From Amphiscolops sp. MND2022 (Eukaryota), in the NCBI GenBank assembly GCA_964187785.1, contig OZ076415.1, forward strand, positions 29,264,001 through 29,328,000: a stretch of 64,000 nt of DNA. Direction: 5' to 3'. Positions 45,223 to 58,951 of this stretch are shown piece by piece (position 1 is the stretch's first letter; each line of letters begins with the position of its first letter). A program made the position numbers and the translations under genes. Under the pieces are notes generated by a model. The model saw nothing but the letters and a program-made list of their open reading frames with translations, had not been told where the DNA came from and did no database searches.

Positions 45223-46699
45223 CTTTTGGGACATAAATTTTTTTTCGAAAAAGTCGCACAGTGCCGAAAAAATCCAAAGGGAAGACCCTTTAGGCACGTC
45301 CGGTTTTGTAGGTTTCCTTGAAAAAGTGAACAAATGAAAGGGGCACCCTTTGGACTAAGTCTCCCTTGGCCGGACTTGGCCTCAGGTGCTCAGGTAATTT
45401 CAGGATTGTTTCTAAAAAGTGGACCGATCAGTGTGAGGATTGTAGTCTGAAGAAAAAAAAACAGTCACTGCTATAGTCGGGCTTTTTTCCCTCATTGGAA
45501 AAGCGCCGATTAAAAATTAGAAATCGAAAAAATTACTTTTTTGTTGCATATAGTTGCAATTAATTTTTGATCAATTATTTTTTTTCCAGTCCCTGTATCT
45601 GGGTGCGACATTAAGATATCAGGAATAAGCAGCAAACTATGAGTGGCGACAGGTATGTAAAAAATCCAAAACAATGTCTATGATAACGACGGGACTCGCC
45701 AGTAATTACACTGTTAAGCGGTAAAAAAAGGAGCTGAGAGAAGGTTGACATTGATGGATAGTTTGTTCTACCTACATTATCTAAACCATGAAACTCTGAT
45801 TAATTGCCCAAAAAGAAATCTATTTTATCCTTCCCTCAATCGCCTTCTAATCATAAACTCCGAACCTAAAGCCTATCTCTAAAAGCTACGCTGAGATACT
45901 ACAGTGTTGACAAGGGTACTGAAACTCATACTTCGTACGTTTTTGGGAATCATGATCTTAAAGAAAAATGTGAACAACAATTTTGATGATCCGAACTAAA
46001 CAAAGTATACGTAAAATTTGTCTCAACAAAAAATTATTCCGGAACAATTTTTCAACGACTTTGACACTCCGATTCAGACAAGCAATATTAGTGTTTTTCG
46101 GACTCCACGAAATGGAATTACCAAAAACCTCAGAGCCCACTGAGAAATGTAGAAAAATTGGTCTCCATCTTCTCAACGGTATTTTAGTCAAACTCTTTGA
46201 AAACGAGAAAGAGAAACGAGAAACTACCGAATAACTTGTTTTACAATTGGTAACGCCACCAATTGTTGCGATGATCAACAATCAGAGGTCATGTGAAGTA
46301 GGGGCAACAAAATTATTGGATAGAGTTGGTAAAAAAGTATACATGCACTTGAAGGAAGTGAGCATCACTGATAAGATAAAACTACACAGTGCGAGTATCG
46401 CAAAGTGAAAATAGAAACTGGTTAACAAATTTGTTAAAGAAAATATATTAAAAACTAAAATGAAAAGAAACGAAGATTCCGCATTCATTGATTTCGCAAA
46501 ACGTAATCAGCTTTTGATGGTGGGCCACATTCGTCGAGCTAGTTGAAAGCACAGAAATGAAATTGAAACAACATAACAAGTCTGACTGAACCGTCGGGTT
46601 GATAGCTAAGTTACCCAAGGGCACTTTTAGGATGTTCATTACTCGAACCACTCACTGGCTCCAACAAAATTGAGAGCTGCATAAACCATTTTGAACTGT

Positions 46700-47870
46700 T
46701 AGATAATCTTCAAAATTGTCACAGATCAGTGACTCGCGGAAGAAACCACATGGAAGTAGATGTTCGGCCGCACTACGTTGCGCTACGTCTTCGAAAATCG
46801 GCGATGTATTTCTATCGTACGCTAACGGATGAACAGAAAGGAAAATATGAATAATTAAAACAGGTTTTTCGAACGCAATATGCCAAGAAACCAGTGGTGT
46901 TTCGGGGTCGGCTTGCAAGAAAGTTTCCACGCCAGGGAGAAAATTTAACGGATTTCTTGAGTGACGTACAGTGTTTAGCAATGAAGGCATATCCGAGGGA
47001 GTCCAAAGAGATAAGAGATCATTCAGTAGTGCGCTGATTCCAGGTGGGCATTCAGAGTGGGCCAAAATTGCTTGGACATGAAAAAACAGCTGGGGATGCA
47101 GAAATGAATAATGAGAGGCAGAAGAAAAGGAGCCCCTAGTAGCAATGATACAGCCTCTGTATTCAACTAGTGGAGTACTGACACTCTCGCGGGATTCGCG
47201 AAGTGACAACCGCAAGTTTTCCATGAGAGAAATCAAAGAAGAAGCATCTCGAGCGGACGTAAGACAAACAAATAGGAGTAGACCAGGGAGAGGCATTGGC
47301 AACTAAAACGACGCATCTACTGACCCCCGACGCCTGAAAACTCACCCACAAAAAACAAAGATCCCCTCTCGGGAGAAGGTTTCAGACACTGATCAAGAAG
47401 TGGGGTTCGACGACGATACTTGCCATAAATCCGGTCAGAAAGGTCACTGGGTGAGAGACTGCACAAACTGTTAACACTGTGGGAGCTCTCAGCTTTATCA
47501 AAAAGAGTGCCCATATGTAAACTAGAAAAGGCTAACGTGGTCATCGCCTTACGTTTGCCTAAAAGGAATAACTGGAGCATTACGAGACATATCACGGTAC
47601 CGAACTGGCAGGATCCTGCTAGTTCGATTTTTGTCCAATCAGAGCGCGACTATTGTTATTGAAAGAATAGGAGATAACTTGATTAAAACACAAGCTTTAT
47701 ATGCAACATTCCTGGTACATGGAAAAATAGCTGCTCTCGTTGATTGTGGGAGTAGTATTTCCATTACAAGTTGGTCATTTTCACAAGCATTGGATTCCGA
47801 TGGTACGATAGAAGATAAAGGAAACGCTTCAATTGCTAATAACACAGGAAGGTTGGTTGTAGACTACCGG
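46700..47870 (+). mobile_element. Degenerate Ty3/Gypsy gag-protease
   Basis: QGENLTDFLSDVQCLAMKAYP (gag), two decayed CCHC knuckles (C..SGQKGHWVRDC), and the protease motif ALVDCGSSISI. Confidence 0.8.
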
Positions 47871-50800
47871 TGACTGAACTAGCGAACCAAACTGGAAATC
47901 AACAATCAAGGAAAAGTTTAACCAATGGTTTCGAGCAAGTCTTTGTGGACTATTTATCGGACGAAACTTCAAAATGTGAAAGGTTAACTATAGTATCAGT
48001 TTCCGAATTAAGTGGAGTTCATATACTAAAGGGACATAAGCACAGCCTGTCGCCGGGTTTTGTTAGCTCCGCAAGTCAAAGAGAGTTTGCTTTAGGGCTT
48101 TCCAACTCTGCTACTTCGATATGTCATCTAACTGTTCATCCAACGTCAGTCGAAAGTGTTTTATTACCTTCGATTTCCCAAAAAAAAGTTGCGGAAAAAA
48201 ACAACGAAATGTTTTAACGAAGGAAATTAGATTTTCTCTAGGCTCTCAGTTTGACCAAAAGGCAGAACACTGAAAACAAACTGAGTTCCAACTTTGTCAA
48301 TAAATCAGAGTGGAAGAGTTGAGAAGAAACCCAATTTTTAAAATTGACAGCATAGTGTAGGTAGGGTAGAAAGATGAAAAAGGCATATTGAACATGCGGG
48401 AAAAGCTCTATACGTACACAGTCGCGCAAAAATGGAAGTGGCAATCGTAATCGCTTGGACATGCGAATGAGATGGTAATCAAATACATGAACCCTTTTTC
48501 AAGAGTTTTGTTACAGTAACTACCCTGTAGCAGAATGTAACCCGATCTATCCATACTTTGTGAATCTTACCAACGGATCTTGGATAACTTATGAGACCAA
48601 AAATGAGCTCTCCAGAGTGTTGTGAGTAGTTACGGTATTGGTTCAAAGCCAGGACTGAGACCATATGAGTTGTTGGGTTTATGGGGAGAAGATTGTTCAC
48701 ACTGGAGGTGTTGATGCTTAGCAATGATGCGCGAGCCTTGAAACCTAGTCGAACAACAGTAGTAGGGCGCGAAGTATATCGAAAAACAACTATATGTCAG
48801 ATGGGCGTCGTAAAATGTTCCCTACAGTGGAAAAAGAAAGACTACGATGCTGGTGGATGGTTGGGGAAACAGCACTCTGGGCAGAGAAATGAGCAACCCA
48901 GTCACATTATTTCAATCAGTACTCGTTGGTTCGTGTTGGTAATAAGATTTTTTCTTCATAAAAAGATTTCAAATTGTAGGAACTACTACTCAGGTTGCTA
49001 TTCAGCCAATAAATCGGTTTTTTACTACAACTACTTTCTGATGGAAGTGTGAAGACTACGAGTTTCGAAAAATTGGAATAAAGACTGCGTAACTAAAGAA
49101 TCGGAAGCACCATCTTCATTGAGATAATCTTCGAAATGTTATACCAAAAAAAAAGAAATTATGTTTGAAAACGGAAGACAATCGTGTGGATGAGTACGTT
49201 TACTACTTTCATGAACTTTACCAAAATATATCAGAAGTAGCAAGAGGACTATATAGAAAACAAGGCAGCAGATCTAGAGATCGAAAAGTTACTTCAGAAG
49301 ACACCTTGAGTTGGGCAAACATCATAAACAGACATGATATAACAGTTTCTCAATTAGTCGTGCTTAGACAGTAAAAAGAGCACTGTTAAAGAGCAGCTAT
49401 TTACAGAAGCTAATCAGCAAGAAGACCAAGCGCGACGAATAATTCAACAACTTGAACTCGATGTCAAAACGCAACGGGATAAAATTAGATGATTAAATGA
49501 GGATTTGTAAAAACAACGTACGTTGATTAGAAGTGAACAAGCTCAAGCAAAAGTGACAAAAAAACTGATCCGAGATTTGAAACAAAAGAACTTGAAGAAC
49601 ACTGAAGCCGTCTGAAGCAGCAGGAGATCTGTATGGCGTCTACGGAGTTGAAAGAGCAGACGAGATTTTTCGGGGAAACAATTGGAGCGAACAAAACCAA
49701 TCCGCAACGGGTTACTGAAAGTCTTCTTTATATAATTAGAGGCCGGAGAAATCCATGCGTGTTCTCTTAAAGATGCAAACCACGAACGGGTTTGTTGAAC
49801 AAAAAGTGTGTTCACGTCGAAGAGTATCTTTTACGTACGGGTGTTGTTCTGAAAAAACGTGGGTTCCACAAAAAATGAGACGCCCTCACTGAGTTGGCAG
49901 TAAACTGTGTTTCAGATGCCAGTCGTTGGAGTCCAGGATCGTTATGTAACCCTTGAAGTTCACGGTAAATTCTTGCATTGAAGTTGGCAAGCTCAGAGTT
50001 GTAGATTACCGATCTAAGACGCGAAATATGGCATTAACAGGTGAATTTTTATCAGTAGAATTGGTCGATGCTTCTGGACAGTTGAATAGAAAACTGAAAA
50101 AGTCTTCAACAGAATTTTGCGCTCCACATGTCGGAAAAAGAAAACTTTTTCTTTCAGGTGAATGCTCTCAGCGAGCAAATTGAACAGCGGAAGAAGTGAT
50201 TTGAAGTCCTAAAATCCAGTAAACTGAGTTGAGAGTGTGTGTAGAGAGACACAAAAAGTTGAAGATCTGCAGCGTCGAAATGGGAATTTGTTACAGCAGA
50301 TTGACAGCTTGCAGAATGACCATAAGCGTGCTCTTGAGGAGCTCGAAATGAAAAGGCAACAACACCAGCTATTTAACGCCAATCTTGCCCGCTGCGAAGG
50401 AATCGGCACCCTCCAAACCCTCTATCGAATATTGTTGGTTCCCCCAGAGGCATCGGCGGAGCTGATAACTGATCATTTTCGAAAATTGAGTGTGCAAAGT
50501 GTATATGCATAAATAAAAAAATGACGTTCTTGATTCGTTCTCAATAAGATGTTCTTCTGCTGTGTTTTGGCCTCCATCCGATGTTGTAAGTGATCTTCGA
50601 GAGGCGGCCCCAAGAGTAGAGTCTGTCAGCATCGGGTTGTCAGGAACGAATGATTCCATGTTTGAAATGAAATCAAATCCAACTCTGCTGCAGTTGTCCC
50701 GAAACTGGTTGTAAGATTTTTTTTGTTTGTGGCTGGTAACAGTAGTCAGTGGAAGTCGTCGCTCCATAGCTTTGTTTACGTCTCATGTTTTCAAAAAGGC

Positions 50801-52859
50801 CATCTCCATGAAGTGGGGAGGAGGCAACTGGATTTGAACTCATCCAAGTCTACCACCTCTGGCCAAGTGCAGTGGATAGAGCAGGGCCATTTGGATCCTC
50901 GTTTAGGAGAAAAGGGCGAAAACATTAGTCGCTTGATATATCAATAACTCCAAGTGATTTTGATTGATCAATTCCAGACCAATTGTTGAAGCTAAGGCAT
51001 ACAAAACCACAGGTATCATGACGTAATAGTTCTGTTTTGATTTTTATTATCAAGGAAAAATTTCTGTTTCCAGACATTCATCCATTGTTTTGTAAGTAAT
51101 GGTTAGAAATATCATGATTCTAAGCCCTTTTTCAGGGTTATTGAAATGCCAACGGCCGTTATGGGGAAATTGACTTCGATTATCAAATTGCATACATCAG
51201 TTAACTCAGATTTTTGAGAAGATCCGGGAGGAAACGAGTTCGGTAATTTTGCTGAACATTTGATGAGATGGGACCACATGTTCGTCGCATTGCCTGATGT
51301 CCAATAGATAAATGGACAAGTATACTGTATACTGTAAAATTTTATGTATAATATTCAAAACTTCGGGAACGTAACGGTAGGTATTCGGAGAAACTACAGT
51401 ACCGTGAACTGTATTTTTTTATCTTTTTTCAAATAAAATGTTTTTTTTTCACCTAAAAAACGTTTAATGAAGAAAAATAAAAGAACAGAGATACTCAAAA
51501 TGGAAAAGCAACCTTGACCAATTTTCCAAAGTTTCGGATTATATTTTATCACGGCTACATAAACTGAATTCACTAGAGGCAGAATTTCTCCGGTATTGTA
51601 AAAAACGATCGTCTGTGTATTCTTTTGTATCTGTAACTGAATACTCCAGTAACGGTACAAGATACGGTAATTCATTTCAAATCACTGCTTTGAACATTAC
51701 TGACCTGAAAAAGATTATTGTACCTCTATCAGATATCATGGATCTTTTGTCATCAATCAAGTACCATGTGTACCATCATGTTGGGGGGAGAATAAACACA
51801 CTCGTGGTCTGCAACGAAACTACGCATACCAGCCACTATCCAAGAGGACCGGTAGAAACAAGTTTCAAAAAAGCTGCACTGATATTCAAGTTTTAAAGAG
51901 TAACTACATTTAATAAATTTCTTCAAACGCAACTCTGTCGCTCACAGTTCCTAGAACTGACAGCACACTTGTCAATTCTTTCGGATTTTCTAAAAATGCC
52001 AATGGGTTTGGTCAATTACTTGGATCAGTAGGCTATAAAACCAACAATAAAGGGAAAGAAACAAAAATTGTCAGAAATACATCAAGTCTACACAAATTCA
52101 CTGATTTTATCTCGGTACAATATCCGAGAAAGAGAAACGCCATCCAGTAATTTCTGGAGATGAGACGGTGCTGATTAGTAATTCAGGAGATGAACGCTGT
52201 GATCCCTCTCAATGACATTGAACTTATCGTCAAAGGTTAGTAATCTGTGATGATCTATTTCTGACCTTTGGTTCAACAATGAGAGGAACGTCCCACGACC
52301 GTGTCACAGATAGAATAGTTGCCCATAGTTGCCCAATCTTCAGACGTAGCTAGAGCAGATAAGCAGGTAGTTGGATTACAGTTGTTCAGTTTTATTCATT
52401 TACTATGTGGAATAACACATCTGAATGGAAATCTTTACATCGAAGTCATCATGTGGCCGTCGAGCCGAACCCATAGAAAGTCAAAGTGTTTTTGAATGCT
52501 TTCTGTGTACCACAGTAATATCACGGGATTATTTGTCATAGCTTTTCAGCACCACCACGTCGAGGGAACCTAAAACAGTAGGAATGCCTAAAACAGTCTC
52601 GGAGCTATCTAAATTGTTGCTCGATATTCAAAGCTTATGACTCACACACCAAGTAAAAAGAGAAGCGGGTGAAGATAGCTTCATTGGACTAAAAACAAGA
52701 ATAATAAGTTAATCGATTCAAGAAACAGAAAGTTTTTGCACTTTCCAGTTTAGAACAGATGAAGAGAAGTAATCACTGTAAACATTGCCTTGGGATCAGT
52801 TTTTCGATCATCTTGAAAGTGCAATTACGACTGAAATACACTTTCAAAGTTTTGCTAAC

Positions 52860-53830
52860 GATATCATTTGTTTCTAAACCCAAAAGTGCGCTAACCCATG
52901 GTTGGTTCGCCTGCTATGGCTGCTCACGAAAAAGCCAGTGGTGTACCCTTCATCGGTTTGAGGGGCGATACTTTGGGTTAAGTTTGCGAGTTGAAGCCTT
53001 AATTTCTCCCATTTTTTTTGTAAGTGAGCAATTTGAGAATTAGTCTCAATTGGGCAGTTTGCAGGAGAATTTGTAACACTCTGATTTGAATGCGCATGCT
53101 TGTGTTCATTATAAGAAGTATCATTATTGGTGTTCATTTCGTGGTAGTTCCTGGATGATTTATTTTTATTTTCAGATATTGGAACAGTTTTGCCGTTTCT
53201 AAACCGGAGAGGAGGCAGTGTAATGCACGACGATAAGTAATATTCTGTTGTTAATTAGGATTTTTTATTTGGCTCAGACTGACTAAAGTGTTTCGTTTCA
53301 GACAAAAAGATAAAGGTTTTTGTAGTTTGAATTTATGATGAAAAAAGAAAAGTATGGATGAAATTTGGATGTAGGCGTAGTATGTCAGAGAATGCTCAGT
53401 TGGTGCAGATTCTAGTAGTAATTTGACCATCCTTCCAGTGGAGTAGTTTTGTAATAATGAGTTGCGTTGCCTATTTCAAATTGCGGCACTTTCTGCTGCG
53501 ATGGTAAGTTAAAAAACAGAATTCATGTCACCCTCACATTGTTTATGGCTAACATGGTAAGGTGTCAATATATCAAGTACTTTACCATGTCAGATTTCAC
53601 CACAAGATGGCGCAATGCTGTAGTTTTTCAAATTAGTGTATCTATAACTTGCACCATGGTAATGATTGATGAATCGGTGAACGGGTCAAGGAACATTGGT
53701 AATTAATATGCTTTCACAATGGAAATCATCGTGGATGAGATTGTAATTAATCAAGTAATAGCAACTTAGTCTCAGACATTGACCTCGTTGTTTTTATTTT
53801 CCATCCATTTTCCAATAGGGAAAGTTATGA
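52860..53830 (-). mobile_element. Probable fragment of another large Gypsy-type element
   Basis: Decayed minus-strand frames with the same N/T/H-rich composition as the element at 55-64 kb; assignment by resemblance only. Confidence 0.3.
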
Positions 53831-54978
53831 AGAAAGTTTCACTGTCGTAACTCGCATTTACTTTCATCAGCTTTTGGATTGGTAACAGCGCTTGATCAGG
53901 GGCTCGTATAAATTACAATTTTGACATAACTTAGTACTTGGGGATGGGATATTCATAAGTACCGTAGGGTTGCTCGCAACCATAGCTTCTATCATACTGC
54001 TCCATTTTGCCCATAAATAAGTTAATAGGTTTCCTCTTGAAAAGCCTAAGCGCTTATAGGAAGCCTTTTCAGGGGCTAAATTATTTTATGTTTGCACTTT
54101 TATGTTTATAATTTTCTATGACACTTATATATATACAGCGCACCCTGATAAATTCAATTATTATTATTATTATCAATAATATGACATAATATGTACTTTA
54201 CAAATATTACAGAGCTCTACATTTCCATCATGCTGCCATCACACCCATAATCAGTGCAGTGGATTTGAACATTTCTTCATCAAAAACATTTAAAAAACTT
54301 CATGCATTTGAGAAACACTTTTTCCCGATTTGCGATAAGATCTTCGATAACTCTCCATGGTTCCTGATTTATTTTTCATTTCAACAAGTCGCGAACTGCC
54401 AAAGTCTGCGCTATACTTAAGGCTCAGAAAGCGCAAACTTTTCAAAATGTGCTCAGGACGTTTCTTGGGTTTCGAAACAATTTCAAAAAAGAGCACCATT
54501 TGGGATTTTCTAACATCCTTCCTGTTGCAAAATATCAAAAAAATTGAAGAGGGACCCTGTCGAAATTTTTTTCGAAAAGAAAAAAAAGAGAACTTTGAAG
54601 AGTCCCATAGTGTCAAAAAATGTAAGAGGGGACCCTTCCGGGATTTTTTTACATCCATTCTGTTGCAAAGTATCTAAAAATTGAAGAGTGCTATGAATTT
54701 TCAGAAACAAGTCTCAATATGCAGGAAAATCTAAGTTTAGAACACCAAAGAAGGGATTCTTGTATCCTTTCGATGTTATTGATGTCCTCGAAAGTGTCCC
54801 TTACGTTTTAAAAAAACCTACTCACTGTAAGAGTCCTGCACGTTTCTTAAAAAGCGCTGACTAATAAACGAATTTTTTAAAAACCACGCCTTGTAAGAGT
54901 CGAGCACTTTTGTTGAAAAGCGCCAACTTGAATTTAGCTTGTGTGCTGCTTTTAATGGTTGGTTATTTCTGATGGTGG

Positions 54979-55210
54979 TGTTATTCACAACTACTAAAAG
55001 CGGCTAAGAGACAGGCTAGCTAGCTAACTTTATTACAACTAGTTCGAGGTGTTAGAAGTAGAACAAAAGGGAAGTCAACCAAATACTGATTATTAGTTTT
55101 CTCTTTCTGAGGGAGTAGAGACTTACAGTCATTCAAAAATAAATAAATGTACATTCTAGAACATTCTATAATCATCTAAATACTATTGGTTATTAATGTA
55201 GATCAGTACA
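54979..55210 (-). repeat. Putative 3' LTR
   Basis: Minus strand: purine-rich AAAAACCGGGATGGA then TGTAC...AATAAA...AATAACA. The 5' LTR is outside the window, so this is unverified. Confidence 0.5.
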
Positions 55211-57222
55211 TCCATCCCGGTTTTTAAATAAAATAAAATTTTTAAGTAGCATCAATAATTAAAATGAAGAAAAAAAAATTTTGTTTAAATGTTCTTAGCG
55301 TTTCAGCTAGTTAACATTTTTCATTTAATGGATGATTAACATAAGTCTCTTTAAGAGTGGTGTAAGTTCGACTCATTGGTGTACCTCGAATTGTCAAAAT
55401 TTTGATTGACAACTCGTAGGTGCGACTACAGTTCAAAAAGCGTTAAAGTGTTCTTTTTCACAATGCTTTCGTCGGCTTGTTTTTTGAACTGGTAGATGCT
55501 CAAATTCATGCCTCTGTTGAAGTCTTTGAAAGAACTTCGCATTGAACAAACGTGAGCAAACATCATACGAGTTAAAGGTTAAAGAGTCATTGAAAAATTT
55601 TGTTGATAAGATTTTTTCATTGAGTGTGAACAGTGGTTGAAAAGATATCAGGTTGTGATCAACTTTGGCGGGTTTGTTATGTAACAAATGTTGAAAACTT
55701 TGAGAATTTGGGTCTGTCATTATTCGAGTCTGATTTGAACAATGTGCTTGATCTATTTTTGAACTTGTTTTGTTGAAATTTTGAAAAGATTTGTTGTTAA
55801 CATATGTGAATTTTGGATAGGATAGCACTGAAAAATAATAATTAATAATTATTCTTTAAAAATAAAGCAAATAAATATCGGTAAGGGTGCGAATCAAATG
55901 ATTTTAAGGGCAATTAAATATGGGTGGGGATGAAATTTGAAATAATAAATACATTGCGAATGTTTTCGGTATGAGTTTGAATCCTTTTAAATATTTTCAT
56001 GCACAATGTTTTTCCTTTGAGTTTCCTTTATTATTGATTAATAATCTTCTTCGGCTGAGAACTGGATGGCTGAAGGTTGAAGATTGGAAGATGGATGAAG
56101 ATGGGCAACTGTTGGGCGGCGATGAAGTTGTGAAGAATGGGTGCTGAGCTGTTACGAGCAATCGTTGTGGATGTTGGATTTAAAGATGGGGGTGGACGAG
56201 CGCTGTTGATGTCATCTGTTGATATTGAAAAGAGACGTAAGTATACGTTTTGTATGGGTAATTATCATCTAGAAGTGCTTCTGGAGGGTCTTTTTGAAGT
56301 TCTTCATCAGTATCGTCGTTATTGTCTGAAGGCCATTAGGAATTTAGACGTTGTTTTTCCATTTCAGAACGCATTCTGTCAGATAGACTTCGTACTAAAT
56401 GTTTGGGCTTGATGGTAGTATGCTCTGTTTGGGTAGTGGCGTCTCGTTGAGTTGAATATGTATCAGGATGTTTATGAATTTGAAGATATTGGTCAAAGTT
56501 TATTCGTGTGATTTGGAAGATTTGAAACATATTGAGCAATATCATTTTTGTAAGATGAGGATCTGCCTTTTTATCTGTTTTTAGCTGTGCATTTAATGTT
56601 GTTAAATGCTTTTTCAGAATCAGGGATTGTAGTCGAGCTGAGGAAATTGAAAGAAGAGGAGCTATTGGGCAATCGGTGTCACCAGAATGGAGTGTCGTCA
56701 TATTGAAGAATATGAAGAAATTGTTGAAAATAGTAGAGGATTTCGTTGGAATTCTTTTGGATGGACAGCTTGAGAAGAGAAAGAAATGCTGATGGAGAAG
56801 TTGTGACGGTATTCACCTAAAATAGATTAGTTTGTTTACAATAAATTCCTTTTTAAAATAGAATTTCATAGTTGACATTTTTTTGATGTAATTTGTGATG
56901 TTATATCTTTTTAATTTTAAGAATTAAGTTGATGTATTTTGGAAGTCTTTTGAAGGGTGTTTAAATATCTTTCATATAAGTACTTATTTGTTGAAATCGG
57001 TCCTTTAAAAGGAGGAGCAATTGAGGAATTTTGTTAAAAATTTTTATGTCGCCATTGAAATTTTTTATATTATATTATTTTAAAAGAGTATTTTAATATC
57101 AAGCTTGTAATATAATCATGCATAGCAGGCATATGCGTGTAGACTCAATTAATTTTGACAGGTTATTAAGAGATTAAGTGATAATTGTTAACAGTTTAAA
57201 AATATTATCCCATAATTACCAG

Positions 57223-58515
57223 TTAAGATCGGTGCATTTTTTCAATTGTGCAGTTGAATTCGTCCAAAGATGTGCGAATACACAAAACTGATTGGCTAAT
57301 TCTTGTCGTATCAAATACGATATTTTGTATTATGCTTCGAGATTGTTCAAGAGTATTTACGATTTCGGCAATTGTTATAAGAATATCTCGGTTCGGATGA
57401 TGATAAGGTTTTATGATGTTCAAAATTTCTGTATATTTCTGTAATTCGTCCGTTGGGCGAAAACTTTGTGGTTGAGGAAGGTCACTTTTGGTTTTCTTTG
57501 GCAATTCTTGTTTTGTTATTTTGTGTTCTTTAGTATTTTCGTTTGTAAGAAGTGAAAGTAAATGAGAAATAATGAAAATTAATTCATTATTTGAATATCC
57601 TTTTTTGGTCAATGCGTAAGAATAAGATTTTTCACAGTCTCCCAAAGGCTGAGAGGCTATGTGTTGAAATGGAGGAAGAGGATCAGATATATTTTGAGGT
57701 ATATCTTCCTGTAGTAGCGAATCGTCGTTCAGAATGAGGTATTCTTGTGGTACAATGATTGGTCTTTTTGGGTTATCATTTGGAAGAAAAAGAAAACTTT
57801 GTTTAAGCGGATCATAATTTCTAAGTTTTCCTTTTGTTTTGGTATGATCTATCAAATATTCAGAGTTGAAAGTGAATGGCGACGCATATTTGGAGTTGAA
57901 GAATATATAATTATCAGGCTCTTTGTATTGAAGAAATTTCTGATGAGTCATGTGATGAGCTATTTTGATTTGATATGGCAAAAAATTTGCATCATTTTCT
58001 TCGGTTCGAAGATCATATGGAGATGGTCTGAGGAAATTGTATTGGAGTGAGAAAATTTTCACTTTATTGTTTAACCACCAATCATATGGGGTGATCAACT
58101 TTGAAGCGATTGAAGTTTGATAATCATTTTTAAATTCTCTGATGATGAATTTGTATTTTGTTGGAATCATATATAACGAGGTTAACTGAGATTGAAAGGT
58201 AAATTGTTTTGATGATAGAATAGGAACTAATTCACAATCTCTATCTTCATCTTGTTTAACTGGTTTTATGAAAGGAGGGCAAGCGCCAGATTCCATAAAA
58301 GGTTTGTCTGCAGTTATATCTGGATACTTTCTTTTTTGAGATCTTGCGTTAACATGATCTGCTTGTTCAATAGGAATAGTTTCCATGGGGTCTTGAGAGT
58401 TTGAAGATGAAATATTATCTTCGTTAACATTTTGTTGAATAGTTATATTCAAAGGGGATGTAAGCAATTCAGAGGAATTAGAATTAACTACATCAATTTC
58501 GGGCAAAGATTCCAT
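57223..58515 (-). CDS. Retrotransposon accessory ORF, 430 aa, unknown function
   Basis: Uninterrupted ORF downstream of env on the same strand; C-terminal coiled coil. Confidence 0.7.
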   Translation of the reverse strand: MESLPEIDVVNSNSSELLTSPLNITIQQNVNEDNISSSNSQDPMETIPIEQADHVNARSQKRKYPDITADKPFMESGACPPFIKPVKQDEDRDCELVPILSSKQFTFQSQLTSLYMIPTKYKFIIREFKNDYQTSIASKLITPYDWWLNNKVKIFSLQYNFLRPSPYDLRTEENDANFLPYQIKIAHHMTHQKFLQYKEPDNYIFFNSKYASPFTFNSEYLIDHTKTKGKLRNYDPLKQSFLFLPNDNPKRPIIVPQEYLILNDDSLLQEDIPQNISDPLPPFQHIASQPLGDCEKSYSYALTKKGYSNNELIFIISHLLSLLTNENTKEHKITKQELPKKTKSDLPQPQSFRPTDELQKYTEILNIIKPYHHPNRDILITIAEIVNTLEQSRSIIQNIVFDTTRISQSVLCIRTSLDEFNCTIEKMHRS

Positions 58516-58951
58516 TGTTTAGACTTGCGTGTTTTCGTAGAGCTAAAATAATGATTATAACGTTTAATTATACTGTTTTTGATAATGAAGAAAACTTTTG
58601 TTATGTCTTTTCTGTCCATTAAATTGTTTGTTAAAATGAAGTTTAAATTGTACTTACAATATGAGAGTAACTGAGTCCATTGTGGGTTGAAAACATCAAC
58701 AATCACAGTGGCATCTATTCCAGGAATAGAAACTTCTGCAATTTCGGTCTTTTAGATGGACTGAAGTTCCAATTGAAGTCTCCTGGTTGAGAGTTGAGTT
58801 GTGATGGGCAAGTGAATTTTCAGTTGAGTTGAAAGGAGAGACTTGTCCAAGTGAGAATTTTGGTTTGAATGAAAGTTTAACTGAGGAGAATTTTGTTGAT
58901 AATTTTTTGAACTTTTCTGAGGTTAATTTGTTTATGGTTATTGCTTTTTAG

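Noticed and set aside
42723-45594. One hAT element spanning both CAGGG termini
   Set aside because: No matching TSD (CTGTTTGC vs TATCTGGG), and several nested insertions lie between them.
46240-46262. LTR end plus primer-binding site (TTACAA-TTGGTAACGCC) for the 46.7-kb Gypsy relic
   Set aside because: No partner LTR is identifiable and tRNA complementarity could not be confirmed.
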